Of a DNA stretch of 35,646 nt, positions 8,484-16,907 are shown piece by piece. Position 1 is the first letter of the stretch; the number at the start of each line of letters is the position of its first letter. Under the pieces are notes generated by a model. It did not search any database. It saw nothing but the letters and a program-made list of their open reading frames with translations, and was not told where the DNA came from. The stretch is from an uncultured Chitinophaga sp. (lineage in GTDB: Bacteria; Bacteroidota; Bacteroidia; M30B66), in the NCBI GenBank assembly GCA_964627105.1, contig CAZVHF010000001.1, positions 1-35,646 of the forward strand, given 5' to 3'. A program made the position numbers and the translations under genes.

Positions 8484-9296
8484 TTATACGTGCCGAGCTA
8501 GAAAATTAATCCCAAAGAAGAAGTACTTCTTCAGAAATGGATTGGAACGCCAAAGCTTCTGCTCGCGTTCAATCGCTTTTTCGTAACCTAATTTATTGAA
8601 GAGCACAGGGGGAAAAGCACGCACATAGTGAATAGAATTATCTTGAATTATGAGGCCTTGTTTGGCCATTTCAGCTTTCCACGTATTAATTGAACGGATG
8701 TTTTCGTTACCCAGCAAAATTTTCTTCTGCAAGCGTTCGTCGTAAATCTCGATAATACGTTTGTTTCCACGTTGTTTGTAAAGCTTCAGATTTTGGATGA
8801 TGTTACTTCCATTTTCCTCAACAATTATAAGTTCTCCATCATGGTTTAAATGCTGCCCAATGATGCGTAGGGCATCCTGAAGTGGTTCCAGGTGATGCAG
8901 GGTATCTTGAATGATAATGTAATCGAAGCTTTTTCGCCTCACCGATTCATCGAATAAATCTTCGTAATCGTAAGTAAAGCCCGAAACATCGCCAAATTGC
9001 GACCAATACTTTATGCGTTGTGGTAATTCGTTGATGTAAAACTCGAGCGTAGTGCCATGCACCTTAAATCCGTTCAAGGCAAGAAATAGTGCCGTTGTGC
9101 CGTAACCACAACCGATATCCCACGTTAAGGTATCGCGGCGCCGAATCTGCTTTTCGATGTATTCGAGCCGTTGGCAGAAATAGGCTTTTCTGAAATCGAG
9201 ACTTTTCTTGTCTGTATGGAATTTATAATACGACCAGAGCGATGGCATTTGCTCCAATTCTTTCACAAACAAGTCGAAAAATTCGGCAACCTTCAT
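8484..9296 (-). CDS. Class I SAM-dependent methyltransferase, substrate unknown
   Basis: 270 aa. Motif I WDIGCGYGTTALFLA and post-I/II pattern (DYIIIQDTLHHL). A ~110-aa C-terminal extension has no motif I recognise. The region looks AT-richer than its neighbours by eye. Confidence 0.7.
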   Translation of the reverse strand: MKVAEFFDLFVKELEQMPSLWSYYKFHTDKKSLDFRKAYFCQRLEYIEKQIRRRDTLTWDIGCGYGTTALFLALNGFKVHGTTLEFYINELPQRIKYWSQFGDVSGFTYDYEDLFDESVRRKSFDYIIIQDTLHHLEPLQDALRIIGQHLNHDGELIIVEENGSNIIQNLKLYKQRGNKRIIEIYDERLQKKILLGNENIRSINTWKAEMAKQGLIIQDNSIHYVRAFPPVLFNKLGYEKAIEREQKLWRSNPFLKKYFFFGINFLARHV

Positions 9297-9344
9297 ACCG
9301 CACGAAAATAAAGTAATTTAATACGCGCTAATTAAAAACATGAA

Positions 9345-9953
9345 TTAAACGCTTTCCTTTATGGCCGAAAAAAGCAATTCATTTCCCGAACGCGCCTCGA
9401 TAGAAGATTCGCACAATTCGAATTCCACTCTGTTAAATACCGGCGAAAATAAATTCCGGTAAACCGATTCATTTCCACCAAATGGAGGCCTATCGCTATT
9501 CATTTCGCTAGCAAACAAAACTCCTCTGAGTGAACCGCCCACAGCAAGTAGTTCGTGCATCTTTCGAACATATGCGCTGCGCAATTCGGGATGCAGTGCA
9601 CAAAAGAAGGTTTGCTCCAAAATCAAATCGTACTGCCCGGTGTGCGAGAAAAAATCGGCATGAATCAACTGATCTTCCGGAAATTCGGGCAGGCGCTGCT
9701 TGAAATTCTGAAGCGCATTTCTTGAAATATCGAGTACATAGACGTTTTTAAACCCCAATTTCCAGGCGTACTCAGCTTCCCAGGCATTGCCGGCACCTGG
9801 AATTAATATACGGATTGATTTATCGGTAATGTGATCCAACACTGCCTTCATAGGACCCGAAACATGGCCAATATCCCAGCCGGTTTCTCCGGTTTGATAG
9901 CGATTAGACCAAAACGCTTCGGGATTATTCAAGATTTCTGCTGCTATATTCAT
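9345..9953 (-). CDS. SAM-dependent methyltransferase, thiopurine S-methyltransferase (TPMT)-like
   Basis: 202 aa. N-terminal W..RY..GETGWDIG followed by ILIPGAGNAWEAEY, as in TPMT-family enzymes. The start overlaps the rlmD stop by 4 nt (ATGA). Confidence 0.6.
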   Translation of the reverse strand: MNIAAEILNNPEAFWSNRYQTGETGWDIGHVSGPMKAVLDHITDKSIRILIPGAGNAWEAEYAWKLGFKNVYVLDISRNALQNFKQRLPEFPEDQLIHADFFSHTGQYDLILEQTFFCALHPELRSAYVRKMHELLAVGGSLRGVLFASEMNSDRPPFGGNESVYRNLFSPVFNRVEFELCESSIEARSGNELLFSAIKESV

Positions 9954-11353
9954 CGCCTTTTTAGTAGAACAATATTTTCAACATGGGTAGTTTGCGGAAA
10001 CATATCAACAGGCTGCACCTGTTCAACCATGTAAACGCTATCGAGCAAGGCTAAGTCGCGCGCTTGTGTTGATGCATTGCAGCTCACATACACCACTTTT
10101 GGAGCACCGCTTTCGGCAATGCGCGCGCAAACATCGGGATGCATTCCCGCACGCGGTGGATCGGCAACAATCACATCGGGTGCGCCATGTGTTTCAAAAA
10201 ACGATGCCGTAAGCACATCCTTCATATCGCCTGCAAAAAACTGCACGTTCGAAATTCCGTTTTCCAGAGCATTAATTCGCGCATCCTCTACAGCCGCTTC
10301 TACATACTCTACACCAGTTACAAACCCGGCATTACGCGACAAAAACAGCGCTATCGTTCCGGTACCGGTATACAAATCATACACACGCTCCTTGCCACTT
10401 AACTGAGCCATTTCGCGCACTTTGCCGTACAATCGTTCTGCTTGCTCCGGATTGGTCTGGTAAAACGACTTGGGTCCGATGCGGAACCGCAAACCCTCCA
10501 TGTTTTCTTCGATATACGGCTGGCCATGAAACAACTTGATATCGAGGTCGTACCACACATCGTTTTTCTTGGTATTCACAGCATACATCAAGGAGGTAAT
10601 TTCCGGAAATTCATCGCGGATCGCCGCCAACATTGCGTGTAAGGCTTCGTTGTCTTCGGTCGCACTCAATACGGCCATCCAATTTCCCGATCGCGTATTG
10701 CGCAGCATCAGGTTGCGCAAAAATCCTTCGTGACTGCGCGGGTGATAAAAGGTGAACCCGGCCTTGAAAGTATAATCGCGCACAAAATTGCGAATCCGGT
10801 TTGCGGTATCGTGCTGCAAGTAACAGCGCTCTATCGGAAGAATTTTATCAAAGCGGCCGGGAATATGAAAACCCAGGGCTCGCTTGTCGATGGGCCCATC
10901 GTTTTCTTGCAACTCCGAAACCTCTAACCAGCGGGAAGCCGAAAAGGTGTACTCCATTTTGTTGCGGTACGAAAAGAATTCGGGAGCGCCCATGATTGGA
11001 TGCACCCCATTCAACTCAATCTTACCAATGCGCTGCAGGGCATCGAGCACTGTTTTTTCCTTGTGCAACAGTTGTTCTTCGTATTTAAGATTTTGCCAGG
11101 TGCATCCACCACACAAACCATAATGATTACAAACCGGCTCGGTTCGCTTATCGCTTTTTTTGTGAAATTTTATGACCGATGCTTCGCGGTAGCCGCTTTT
11201 TTTTCGAAATACGCGCACATCCACTATGTCGCCGCTAACCGCACCTTCGACAAACACCACCAGGTTATCGATGCGGGCAATGCCCCTGCCGTCGGATGCC
11301 ATGCTGCTAATGTCAAGTTGCTCGTAAATCTGCTCGGTCTTTTGCTTTTTCAT
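9950..11353 (-). CDS. rlmD: 23S rRNA (uracil-5-)-methyltransferase, RumA/RlmD family
   Basis: 467 aa from [12 protein letters not shown]-like N-terminus ([21 protein letters not shown]), Fe-S Cys cluster [13 protein letters not shown] plus ERCYL, SAM motif [13 protein letters not shown], catalytic VYVSCN. The ORF-track N-terminal extension (to 11449) has no family features. Confidence 0.88.
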   Translation of the reverse strand: MKKQKTEQIYEQLDISSMASDGRGIARIDNLVVFVEGAVSGDIVDVRVFRKKSGYREASVIKFHKKSDKRTEPVCNHYGLCGGCTWQNLKYEEQLLHKEKTVLDALQRIGKIELNGVHPIMGAPEFFSYRNKMEYTFSASRWLEVSELQENDGPIDKRALGFHIPGRFDKILPIERCYLQHDTANRIRNFVRDYTFKAGFTFYHPRSHEGFLRNLMLRNTRSGNWMAVLSATEDNEALHAMLAAIRDEFPEITSLMYAVNTKKNDVWYDLDIKLFHGQPYIEENMEGLRFRIGPKSFYQTNPEQAERLYGKVREMAQLSGKERVYDLYTGTGTIALFLSRNAGFVTGVEYVEAAVEDARINALENGISNVQFFAGDMKDVLTASFFETHGAPDVIVADPPRAGMHPDVCARIAESGAPKVVYVSCNASTQARDLALLDSVYMVEQVQPVDMFPQTTHVENIVLLKRR

Positions 11354-11412
11354 CCTTTGGTTAAATTTCGCGTTGCAAATTGCGTAAAAAAGCACGATGT
11401 GCGGCAAAAGAT

Positions 11413-11420
11413 TACCTTTG
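11413..11420 (+). promoter_or_regulatory. Bacteroidota -7 promoter box (TACCTTTG) upstream of rocD
   Basis: Exact TAnnTTTG, 29 nt before the ATG at 11450, in the divergent rlmD/rocD spacer. Confidence 0.5.
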
Positions 11421-11449
11421 TGCACATAAAATTTACGGAGGGAAGGCAC

Positions 11450-12685
11450 ATGAACAGCACAACACCACTACCGGTTATGCAAAGCAATGCAGCACTTATT
11501 GAGCTCGAAGAAAAACACAGCGCGCACAATTATCACCCCTTGCCTGTAGTTCTCGAACGCGGTGAAGGCGTTTATGTATGGGATGTAGAAGGCAAACGCT
11601 ATTTCGATTTCCTCTCTGCTTATTCGGCTGTAAACCAAGGGCATTGTCATCCCCGTATTATTAATGCATTAATCGAGCAGGCGCAACGCATCACGCTTAC
11701 CTCGCGCGCATTTCACAACAGCGAATTTGCAAACTTCTCGGCCTACATTACGCAGTATTTTGGCTACGATCGTGTTTTACCTATGAATACAGGTGCCGAA
11801 GGTGTGGAAACGGCGTTGAAACTGTGTCGTAAATGGGCATATCAGAAAAAAGGCATTCCACAAAACGAAGCACTTATTGTAGTATGCAATGAAAATTTCC
11901 ACGGCCGCACCATATCGATTGTTTCGGCTTCTACCGATCCCGATTCGCGCCGCGATTTTGGTCCGTATACCCCGGGTTTTTTAGTTATTCCCTATAACGA
12001 CATCCATGCACTGGCCGAGGCGCTAAAAAATCCAAACATCGCTGGGTTTCTGGTAGAACCGATGCAAGGCGAAGCTGGTGTAAATGTTCCCGATGAAGGA
12101 TTTTTGGCCGAGGCTGCATCTCTATGCAAAAAACACAATGTATTATTCATTGCCGATGAAATTCAAACCGGCATTGCGCGCACCGGAAAACTGCTTGCCT
12201 GCGACCACGAAGATGTTAAGCCCGATATTCTAATATTGGGTAAAGCACTTTCGGGCGGTGTGTACCCGGTTTCGGCGGTATTGAGCAGTGATGATGTCAT
12301 GCTGTGCATCAAGCCAGGCGAGCATGGATCGACCTTTGGCGGAAATCCGCTGGCCTGCCATGTGGCACGCGAGGCGCTTGAAGTGGTTAAGGATGAAAAA
12401 CTCGCCGAGAATGCAGCGCGGTTGGGACAAATTTTACGCGATAAGCTTCGTGCAATGCATCATCCGAAAATAAAACTGGTACGCGGAAAAGGATTACTAA
12501 ATGCCATCGTAATTAACGAAGACGATGGCGTTTCAGCCTGGGATATTTGCATCCGCATGAAGGAGCGCGGATTGCTGGCCAAGCCAACGCATGGGAATAT
12601 TATCCGTTTTGCGCCGCCTTTGGTAATTACTGAAGCGCAACTGCTCGAATGTGTTTCGATTATTGAAGCAAGCCTGAATGCCTAA
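11450..12685 (+). CDS. rocD: Ornithine--oxo-acid aminotransferase
   Basis: 411 aa from [66 protein letters not shown] is a near-canonical RocD N-terminus. PLP-Lys context [11 protein letters not shown]. The 450-nt upstream ORF extension is antisense to rlmD and is rejected. The ATG at 11477 is an alternative start. Confidence 0.9.
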   Translation: MNSTTPLPVMQSNAALIELEEKHSAHNYHPLPVVLERGEGVYVWDVEGKRYFDFLSAYSAVNQGHCHPRIINALIEQAQRITLTSRAFHNSEFANFSAYITQYFGYDRVLPMNTGAEGVETALKLCRKWAYQKKGIPQNEALIVVCNENFHGRTISIVSASTDPDSRRDFGPYTPGFLVIPYNDIHALAEALKNPNIAGFLVEPMQGEAGVNVPDEGFLAEAASLCKKHNVLFIADEIQTGIARTGKLLACDHEDVKPDILILGKALSGGVYPVSAVLSSDDVMLCIKPGEHGSTFGGNPLACHVAREALEVVKDEKLAENAARLGQILRDKLRAMHHPKIKLVRGKGLLNAIVINEDDGVSAWDICIRMKERGLLAKPTHGNIIRFAPPLVITEAQLLECVSIIEASLNA

Positions 12686-13172
12686 ATACACAAAACAGTT
12701 CTTGCTTCGGGGAGTGCTGTTCATGGTATTGCTTGTGGCTGGAATTTACCAATATCGCAAGTACAGGGTTGCCCCTACTTTACCAACGAATGACTTTGTT
12801 GTGGAAACCCTTAACGGAGAAACCATCATTATTCGTCCAGGCCAAGATGGTCCTCTGATTGTAAAATTCTTCGCTACCTGGTGTATCGACTGCCGCCGCG
12901 AATTACCTGAATTGAAAGCGAAAGCAGAATTATTTAACCAATACAAAGTGCGGGTTATCCTCTTAAGCGATGAGCCGGTGGCAGACTTGTCTTTTTTCTC
13001 CGCTCGGGAATCACTGCCATTTCCGATTTACAAATTGCCAAAGAAGTTTAAAGAATATGGTATTCATACCTTACCAACAACTTACATCTACCGAAAAAGC
13101 GGTGAAATTTCAGAAAGTTATACCAACACCAAGGAGATTAGCGAATTAGATTTGAAGAATCTAAATGAATGA
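12678..13172 (+). CDS. Membrane-anchored TlpA/redoxin-family thiol-disulfide oxidoreductase
   Basis: 164 aa. N-terminal TM helix ([13 protein letters not shown]). Thioredoxin-fold active site [16 protein letters not shown] (CxxC). The ATG overlaps the rocD stop by 8 nt. Confidence 0.75.
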   Translation: MPKYTKQFLLRGVLFMVLLVAGIYQYRKYRVAPTLPTNDFVVETLNGETIIIRPGQDGPLIVKFFATWCIDCRRELPELKAKAELFNQYKVRVILLSDEPVADLSFFSARESLPFPIYKLPKKFKEYGIHTLPTTYIYRKSGEISESYTNTKEISELDLKNLNE

Positions 13173-13868
13173 TGCAATAAGCTCATCGACCAACTTGGGC
13201 AGTGCTCTACTTGCAGGTTCCTTTAAATGTTTAAGATTCGAAATAGGAGGTCCGGAATAATCGGAAGGGTCAACATAATACTTTTGACTGCTATTTGGTG
13301 CAGCATGTAATAAACCGGCAGCGGGATAGACCTGTAGCGAAGTGCCGACTACCAGTATAATTTCGGCCTGCGCAAAATAGGCAGATGCCGGTTCAATGAG
13401 CGGAACAGCCTCGCCAAACCAAACAATATCGGGACGAAGTAATTCGCCGGCTTCATTCGTAATGCCATACTTGACCGCTTCATAACCTACGTGTACCGAC
13501 TTGTGCGAACCTTTTACAGGGCGCAGTTTAACTAACTCGCCATGCAGATGGATGAGATTTTTACTTCCGGCACGTTCGTGTAAATCGTCTACATTCTGCG
13601 TTATAACAATGGTGGGTATATATTGCTCGAGTTTGGCCAGTGCTTCGTGTGCGGCATTGGGCTTTACCTCGGCCAGCTGCATCCGACGCAAGTTGTAAAA
13701 GCGTGTTACTAATTCGGGATTGCGCTGCCAGGCCTCGGGTGTAGCAACGTCTTCAATCGCATATTCTTCCCACAACCCGTTCGAATCGCGAAAGGTGCGA
13801 ATGCCGCTCTCTGCCGAAATACCTGCCCCGCTTAATACCGCAATGCGCGGTGCTGTTGAATTGTTCAT
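13161..13868 (-). CDS. cobB: NAD-dependent protein deacylase, Sir2/CobB family
   Basis: 235 aa. Motifs GAGISAESGIRTFRD..GLWE, QNVDDLHERAG, catalytic HLHGEL, VVGTSLQVYPAA. The 3' end overlaps the convergent tlpA-like gene by 12 nt. Confidence 0.85.
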   Translation of the reverse strand: MNNSTAPRIAVLSGAGISAESGIRTFRDSNGLWEEYAIEDVATPEAWQRNPELVTRFYNLRRMQLAEVKPNAAHEALAKLEQYIPTIVITQNVDDLHERAGSKNLIHLHGELVKLRPVKGSHKSVHVGYEAVKYGITNEAGELLRPDIVWFGEAVPLIEPASAYFAQAEIILVVGTSLQVYPAAGLLHAAPNSSQKYYVDPSDYSGPPISNLKHLKEPASRALPKLVDELIASFI

Positions 13869-13954
13869 CTAGCTCGTTTCGCGTGTAATTTTAATACATC
13901 AGAAAGATAGTCGAAAAAACACAAAAAAAGGAAAGATGCTCAGAAAATTTCAAT

Positions 13955-13962
13955 TATTTTTG
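13955..13962 (+). promoter_or_regulatory. Bacteroidota -7 promoter box (TATTTTTG) upstream of maeB
   Basis: Exact TAnnTTTG, 54 nt before the ATG at 14017 and downstream of the ORF-track ATG at 13936. This argues for the 14017 start. Confidence 0.5.
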
Positions 13963-14016
13963 GCGCTTGCGAAAAAGCGAAGTGCGCCAAACGGACTTCG
14001 CTGTGATGCTAGAAAA

Positions 14017-16284
14017 ATGGACGATTACAGAAAAAAACAAGCCCTCGATTACCACGCCAAAGGGAAACCGGGCAAGATACAGGTTGTGCCCACCAAGCCT
14101 ACCTCCACGCAACGCGATCTCTCGCTAGCCTATTCGCCAGGCGTAGCAGAACCTTGCATAGAAATTCACGAAAATCCGGGCGATGTATACAAATACACCG
14201 CAAAAGGAAATCTGGTGGCTGTAATTTCGAACGGTACCGCCGTTTTGGGATTGGGAAATATCGGTCCCGAAGCCTCCAAGCCAGTAATGGAGGGCAAGGG
14301 CGTTTTGTTTAAGATTTTTGCCGACATCGACGTGTTCGATATTGAAGTAGACGCGAACGATATCGATGGGTTTGTAAATACCGTAAAGGCTATTTCGCCT
14401 ACATTCGGAGGAATCAATCTGGAAGATATCAAAGCTCCCGAGTGTTTCGAAATTGAGCGCAGGCTCAAGGAAGCACTTTCCATTCCGATTATGCACGACG
14501 ATCAACATGGCACGGCCATCATAACCGGTTCGGCTTTGTTGAATGCCCTGGAATTGGCCGAAAAGAAAATTTCGGATGTACGCGTGGTATTTAACGGAGC
14601 GGGGGCATCGGCTATATCGTGTGCGAGTTTGTATTTGCAACTCGGTGTTAAACCCGAGAATCTCATCATGTGCGATTCAACAGGGGTAATTTCGACCAAT
14701 CGAAACGACCTCGATCCACAGAAACAGCGTTTTGCACGCGATGTTTCGTTTACAAATCTGGAAGAAGCACTTGTTGGAGCCGATGTTTTTGTGGGTTTAT
14801 CGAAAGGGAACATTGTTTCGAAAACCATGATTGCTTCGATGGCACCCAAAGCGGTAGTCTTTGCTCTGGCCAATCCCGATCCGGAGATTTCATATAACGA
14901 TGCGGTTGATGCACGTCCCGACATCATCATGGCTACCGGTCGCTCCGATTTTCCGAACCAGGTAAACAACGTACTGGGCTTCCCTTTCATTTTCAGGGGT
15001 GCGCTCGATGTACGGGCAACAACCATCAACGAAGCCATGAAACTGGCGGCGGTATATGCCATTGCAGAGCTGGCCAAGCAACCGGTTCCCGAAATGGTGA
15101 ACATGGCCTACAACAAAACGAATCTCGAATTTGGTCCTGAGTACATCATACCAAAGCCGCTTGATCCGCGCTTAATTACTACAGTGGCACCTGCTGTTGC
15201 GAAAGCAGCAATGGAATCGGGTGTGGCGCAGGCGCCAATTAGCGACTGGAATGCTTATACAGAGCAACTTTCGCAACGCATGGGCCTCGATAACAAGCTC
15301 ATCGATCGCCTAACTACGCGGGCCAAGACCGATCCAAAACGGGTGGTTTTTGCTGAAGCCGACCACTATAAAATTCTTAAAGCAGCGCAGGTATGCCGAA
15401 ACGAAGGTATTGCGATTCCGATTTTATTGGGTAACCGCGAGAAAATTGAACGCATAGCCGATGAAAACAACATTCGCATCGACGGACTTGAAATAATCGA
15501 TCCGCGAAGTGAAGCAGAAGCTGGCCGCTTGAGTAAATTTGGTGATGAATTTTATGAATTACGCAAGCGTCGGGGCTTTACTATTTATGAAGCTCGGCAG
15601 ATTATGCGTGAACGCAATTACTTTGGTTCGATGCTGGTACGAACCGGCCAGGCCGAAGCACTTATTTCGGGGCTCACACGCAAGTATCCCGATACCATTC
15701 GTCCGGCATTGCAGGTAATTGGCATTCGCGATGGCGTTAAGCGTGTTGCCGGTCTTTACATCATGATGACCAAAAAAGGTCCGTACTTCTTTGCCGATAC
15801 TACTGTTAACATTAACCCAACAGCCGAGGAACTCGCCGAGATTACAGTTTTAGTAGCAAAAGCTGTTCAGAATTTGCACATTACGCCCAAGATTGCCCTG
15901 CTTTCGTATGCCAATTTCGGGTCTTCTGAAGGCGAAGATTCTATTAAATCGCGCGAAGCTGTTCGCATTTTACACGAAAAGCATCCAAACCTTATTGTAG
16001 ATGGGGAGTTGCAGGCCAACTTCGCGTTAAACGGCGAAATGCTTCAGGAACAATTTCCGTTTTCGAAATTAGCAGGACAACAGGTTAACACCTTAATATT
16101 CCCGAATCTTTCGGCCGGCAATATCGCCTATAAATTAATGCAGGAAATTGGCGGCGCCGAAGCAATTGGACCATTGTTGCTGGGCATGAAAAAGCCTGTG
16201 CATGTGCTACAATTGGGCAGTTCGGTGCGTGAAATTGTGAATATGGTTACCTTAGCCGTTGTCGACGCTCAAAACCACAGCTAA
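14017..16284 (+). CDS. maeB: NADP-dependent malic enzyme (malic enzyme domain plus phosphate acetyltransferase-like C-terminal domain)
   Basis: 755 aa from MDDYRKKQALDYHAKGKPGKI. LSLAYSPGVA, the NAD(P) loop FNGAGASAISC, and a C-terminal PTA-like half (VVFAEADHYKILKAAQ...). Confidence 0.92.
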   Translation: MDDYRKKQALDYHAKGKPGKIQVVPTKPTSTQRDLSLAYSPGVAEPCIEIHENPGDVYKYTAKGNLVAVISNGTAVLGLGNIGPEASKPVMEGKGVLFKIFADIDVFDIEVDANDIDGFVNTVKAISPTFGGINLEDIKAPECFEIERRLKEALSIPIMHDDQHGTAIITGSALLNALELAEKKISDVRVVFNGAGASAISCASLYLQLGVKPENLIMCDSTGVISTNRNDLDPQKQRFARDVSFTNLEEALVGADVFVGLSKGNIVSKTMIASMAPKAVVFALANPDPEISYNDAVDARPDIIMATGRSDFPNQVNNVLGFPFIFRGALDVRATTINEAMKLAAVYAIAELAKQPVPEMVNMAYNKTNLEFGPEYIIPKPLDPRLITTVAPAVAKAAMESGVAQAPISDWNAYTEQLSQRMGLDNKLIDRLTTRAKTDPKRVVFAEADHYKILKAAQVCRNEGIAIPILLGNREKIERIADENNIRIDGLEIIDPRSEAEAGRLSKFGDEFYELRKRRGFTIYEARQIMRERNYFGSMLVRTGQAEALISGLTRKYPDTIRPALQVIGIRDGVKRVAGLYIMMTKKGPYFFADTTVNINPTAEELAEITVLVAKAVQNLHITPKIALLSYANFGSSEGEDSIKSREAVRILHEKHPNLIVDGELQANFALNGEMLQEQFPFSKLAGQQVNTLIFPNLSAGNIAYKLMQEIGGAEAIGPLLLGMKKPVHVLQLGSSVREIVNMVTLAVVDAQNHS

Positions 16285-16286
16285 CG

Positions 16287-16871
16287 ATGTACGATTTTAT
16301 CAGCGGAACGCTTGTTGAGAAAACACCTACCTACGCAGTTATCGATGCGGGTGGGGTTGGCTATTATCTCAACATCAGCCTGTCGACATTCAGTGCCATT
16401 GCGGCAAAAGAAAAAGCCATGCTGTATGCACATCTGGCTATTAAAGAAGATGCGCATAGTTTGTATGGTTTTGCCACGCGCAGCGAACGAGAGACCTTCC
16501 GGATGCTGATTCAGGTTTCGGGTGTAGGCGCTTCAACGGCACGGATGATTTTATCGTCGCTTTCGGCCGAAGAAATTGCCGAGTGCGTTATGTTCGGACA
16601 GGTTGCCAAACTGAAGGCTGTGAAGGGTATTGGTGAGAAAACCGCTCAACGCATATTGATTGATTTGAAAGGGAAATTTGATGGCATTAATTTGCAGCAA
16701 GAAATTTTTTCATCGCCGCACAATACAATTCGATTTGAGGCGTTAACGGCACTGACTTTATTAGGCTTCCCTAAAGCTGCTGCAGAAAAAGCGCTGGATA
16801 AAGCCCTAAAGTCGAGCAACGAAAACCTAACCGTTGAAGAACTTATTAAACAATCACTAAAAATGATCTGA
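16287..16871 (+). CDS. ruvA: Holliday junction branch migration complex subunit RuvA
   Basis: 194 aa. MYDFISGTL..K.PTYAVIDAGGVGY N-terminus and helix-hairpin-helix motifs (VSGVGASTAR, VKGIGEKTAQRI). It starts 2 nt after the maeB stop. Confidence 0.92.
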   Translation: MYDFISGTLVEKTPTYAVIDAGGVGYYLNISLSTFSAIAAKEKAMLYAHLAIKEDAHSLYGFATRSERETFRMLIQVSGVGASTARMILSSLSAEEIAECVMFGQVAKLKAVKGIGEKTAQRILIDLKGKFDGINLQQEIFSSPHNTIRFEALTALTLLGFPKAAAEKALDKALKSSNENLTVEELIKQSLKMI

Positions 16872-16907
16872 CCTTCTATTGTCGGAACGTAAGCGCTACA
16901 TCTTCGT

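Noticed and set aside
11000-11449. The 450-nt 5' extension of the rocD ORF (ORF track 11000..12685).
   Set aside because: It is entirely antisense to the well-supported rlmD coding sequence. The extension has low-complexity, non-family sequence. A TAnnTTTG box at 11413 precedes the ATG at 11450, where the canonical RocD N-terminus begins.
11354-11449. The 32-aa N-terminal extension of rlmD ([15 protein letters not shown]...).
   Set aside because: The RumA TRAM-like N-terminus starts at MKKQKTEQ (ATG at 11353). The extension would occupy the whole divergent promoter spacer shared with rocD.
13161-13868. The Sir2-domain gene as a possible anti-phage defence effector (Thoeris- or DSR-like).
   Set aside because: It is a short stand-alone sirtuin with all deacylase motifs and no fused sensor or effector domain. 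No partner gene is present. It is flanked by housekeeping genes (rocD, tlpA-like, maeB). It fits a metabolic CobB-type deacylase.
13936-14016. The ATG at 13936 as the maeB start.
   Set aside because: It lies upstream of the -7 box at 13955, and the extra 27 aa (MLRKFQLFLALAKKRSAPNGLRCDARK) are not malic-enzyme-like. MDDYRKKQALDYH at 14017 matches the family N-terminus.
14125-15104. Long antisense ORFs inside maeB (171 aa and 200 aa). Similar ORFs occur inside pyrB (5187..5732, 181 aa), queE (34929..35519, 196 aa) and across the ruvA/sprA junction (16646..17035).
   Set aside because: Each lies wholly opposite a strongly supported conserved gene. Their composition is Ser/Arg/Ala-biased and low-complexity. 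They have no promoter boxes. This is typical of chance open frames opposite coding sequence.
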